64,000 bases of DNA, taken from positions 744,001 through 808,000 of the forward strand of contig JAWMAR010000148.1 in the NCBI GenBank assembly GCA_036785375.1, in the 5' to 3' direction. The notes under the pieces were generated by a model that did not search any database, was not told where the DNA came from, and saw only the letters and a list, made by a program, of their open reading frames with translations. This document shows positions 61,904 to 64,000 of the stretch, one piece after another (the stretch's first letter is position 1; every line of letters starts with the position of its first letter). The position numbers and the translations under genes were made by a program. This stretch comes from Leucoraja ocellata. Lineage: Eukaryota.

Positions 61904-64000
61904 GACAGATGACTATTGGAGTCTTATGAAAAATTGTGATATCACTTCAAAACCGTTCCAGAACTAAATAAAAAAAAATCTTTCTGCATTTGTTAAGGTT
62001 TGCTCCAAGGATTGCCTAAAACTTAACAGACCTAGTCAAGTGCTTTGGATATTGGGGTAAACATTTTTGGGAGGTTGCCTCTTAGAATCCGAGATAATGC
62101 ATGTTCATTCTGTTTCTGTGTTCAACAGTGAGACAGACGAGGCTAGTGTGGGAACACAGATGGGGCAGGAGATGCTTCATGGAGTAGGTGGATTTGTGGT
62201 TTATAGTGTATTTCTCCTGTTTATGTAGGGCTTCTGAAAGCATGGACTTGAGCCATGCCATGGACCTGAATACCACCCCTAATGTTGTTGCTCTGTTTTG
62301 AGTGGTTGCAAGTTGGGGATTACCGTGGGTCGGTAGGTGTGTTGCTTCATTCACAGAGGGTTTGAGTGTGTCATTAAAGTTTTTTTTTTCTCTGCTTACC
62401 TGGTAATCTTTTTCTCAACACCTCCGATCCCAGTCCTGATTCTACATTACTATCCCACTGTCTTCACTATCAGGATCAATACTAATCTTCTGCCTGCTAT
62501 TAATGACGCTAGTCTGTCCCTTTTATCTTTTCTGCCTTCTTTTCTGGAACCTTAGATAACCTGGAATATTGAGCAGCCAGTACTGGTCACCCTACAATCA
62601 GGTCATACTCGTATGTTGCTACGTACTGTCAACTCATCTATGTTACTGCAAATGCTTCATGCATTTAAATAAATACTTTCAGGGCTTTTACTTTGTTCTG
62701 AGCTGCACGCTTTTGTTTGCATATTCACTCTACGCTGTTACACTTGGCTTACCAATTTCTTTTTCGTGCTATGCCACTACTCAATCATTTTCTCTAGATT
62801 TATTAAATATCCAGTTTTCAGAGCCCTCCCATTGTCATATTTAGTTTGAAGCCTGTCTCCAATCCTGTTTCAATTCGGCTGTCCTTCATTGATGGAGACA
62901 TGGGCTTCAGTGAGTTTAAAAAAAAAAAAAAAAAAAAAAAGGATGTGCTGCTCCCTGTATTTTTCAAGGAATTGTCAGCGGTGAAAGCCCTGTCCATTGT
63001 CTTGGTGGAAGGAATTTGCAGTTCATTTCAGGGAGCAGGTCATGGAAGGAGGAAGCTGGTGGTTATATTCCCTTTGCTGAGATACTCCTGTGTCTTTGTT
63101 GCAGTTGGATTTTTCACAATTGCAGCTTGTGAGGTTCCTGAGTATATTCTCCACTTCTGTAGGATATGAGATTGTGGTTACTGAACTCTCTTCACCATTG
63201 AGTTTTTAATCTTCATTGGGGATAGCCTCTGTTCCTGAAGCCCTGTCATAATGACTATGAACTGGATGGGTTGCACTGGGGGCTTTGGTCTTTCTTTTGT
63301 TTTTTCCTCCATCGAAGATGTCAAGCACAATTGTAGAAGAGTGTCAATGCGATGTCACAGCTGTGCCAAGCTGCATCCACGCATGCCATCAGGACCATTT
63401 GCAGTATTTTATTGAGTTCTTGAAGTGGTTTGTCTTACCATTGATGTCATTGGGAATGAGAGCAGTAGAAATCGTTATGTTATTGCTTTTCATTCTTGTA
63501 TCATCCCGAGTCTGTTATTAGTAATTTGACACACAAGACTAGGTTCAAGACTGATTTATCGGCTTGAATACTTGATCAAGACTGGCATATCAATACTTTG
63601 CTGTGTGAGTGAGATCTCTGTCAAAGTTGCTGTCTGTTTGCAGAAGTATTACTGAGGTGTGGGCTGCTTGTTCAAATGGTGTAAATATTTGGATACAATG
63701 AGTTCTGCTGATGTTCCAATCACCAGGAACTAAACAGGTTATTTGATTATTCGTGTGATTTGTGGGAATTGGCTGTGAACCAGCTGGATGATCATTTAAT
63801 TGCACACAAAATGATGGATTAACTCAGTGGGCCAGGCAGCATCTCTGGAGAACATGGATAGGTGATGTTTCAGGTCAGAACATGACCTGAAGTAATTTCT
63901 TAATCAGCGCGACATGGAGTTGTGTAGCATAGTGCTCAGAGAGTTGTAGAGTTATACAGCGTGGAAATGGGCTCCTTGACCCATCATACCCACGCCAACA

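Noticed and set aside
62000-63800. Scattered ORFs and possible ADAM10 exon 2
   Set aside because: No ADAM10 prodomain-like translation found; the region looks like very old LINE debris that I cannot classify
13150-63890. Recurrent repeat read as a CRISPR-like array or prokaryotic system
   Set aside because: Copies are dispersed, not regularly spaced; the DNA is a spliced vertebrate locus with no cas or operon structure

Overview
Eukaryotic (vertebrate) genomic DNA, most likely a cartilaginous fish (skate/ray-like, inferred from its repeat families). The window holds a complete 9-exon MINDY2 (FAM63B, K48 deubiquitinase) gene on the minus strand: CDS 48771->3426, 1755 nt, 584 aa, all introns GT-AG with consistent phases. 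About 6.6 kb upstream and head-to-head is a second CpG island with a signal-peptide exon best read as exon 1 of ADAM10. Introns and the intergenic region are filled with decayed CR1 and Rex1 LINEs, HE1-like V-SINEs, Tc1 ends, palindromic MITEs and Penelope-like (GIY-YIG) elements. Most notable leads: (1) about a dozen copies of a short Penelope-terminal module, several with a hammerhead-ribozyme core; (2) a candidate 30-nt in-frame microexon and a candidate poison exon in the 22-kb intron 6 of MINDY2; (3) an extra MIU-like ubiquitin-binding motif N-terminal to the MINDY2 catalytic domain; (4) a G-quadruplex with an embedded uORF start upstream of ADAM10, and a uORF upstream of MINDY2. Exon coordinates were read base by base; repeat boundaries are approximate. 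Family assignments come from recall, not database searches.
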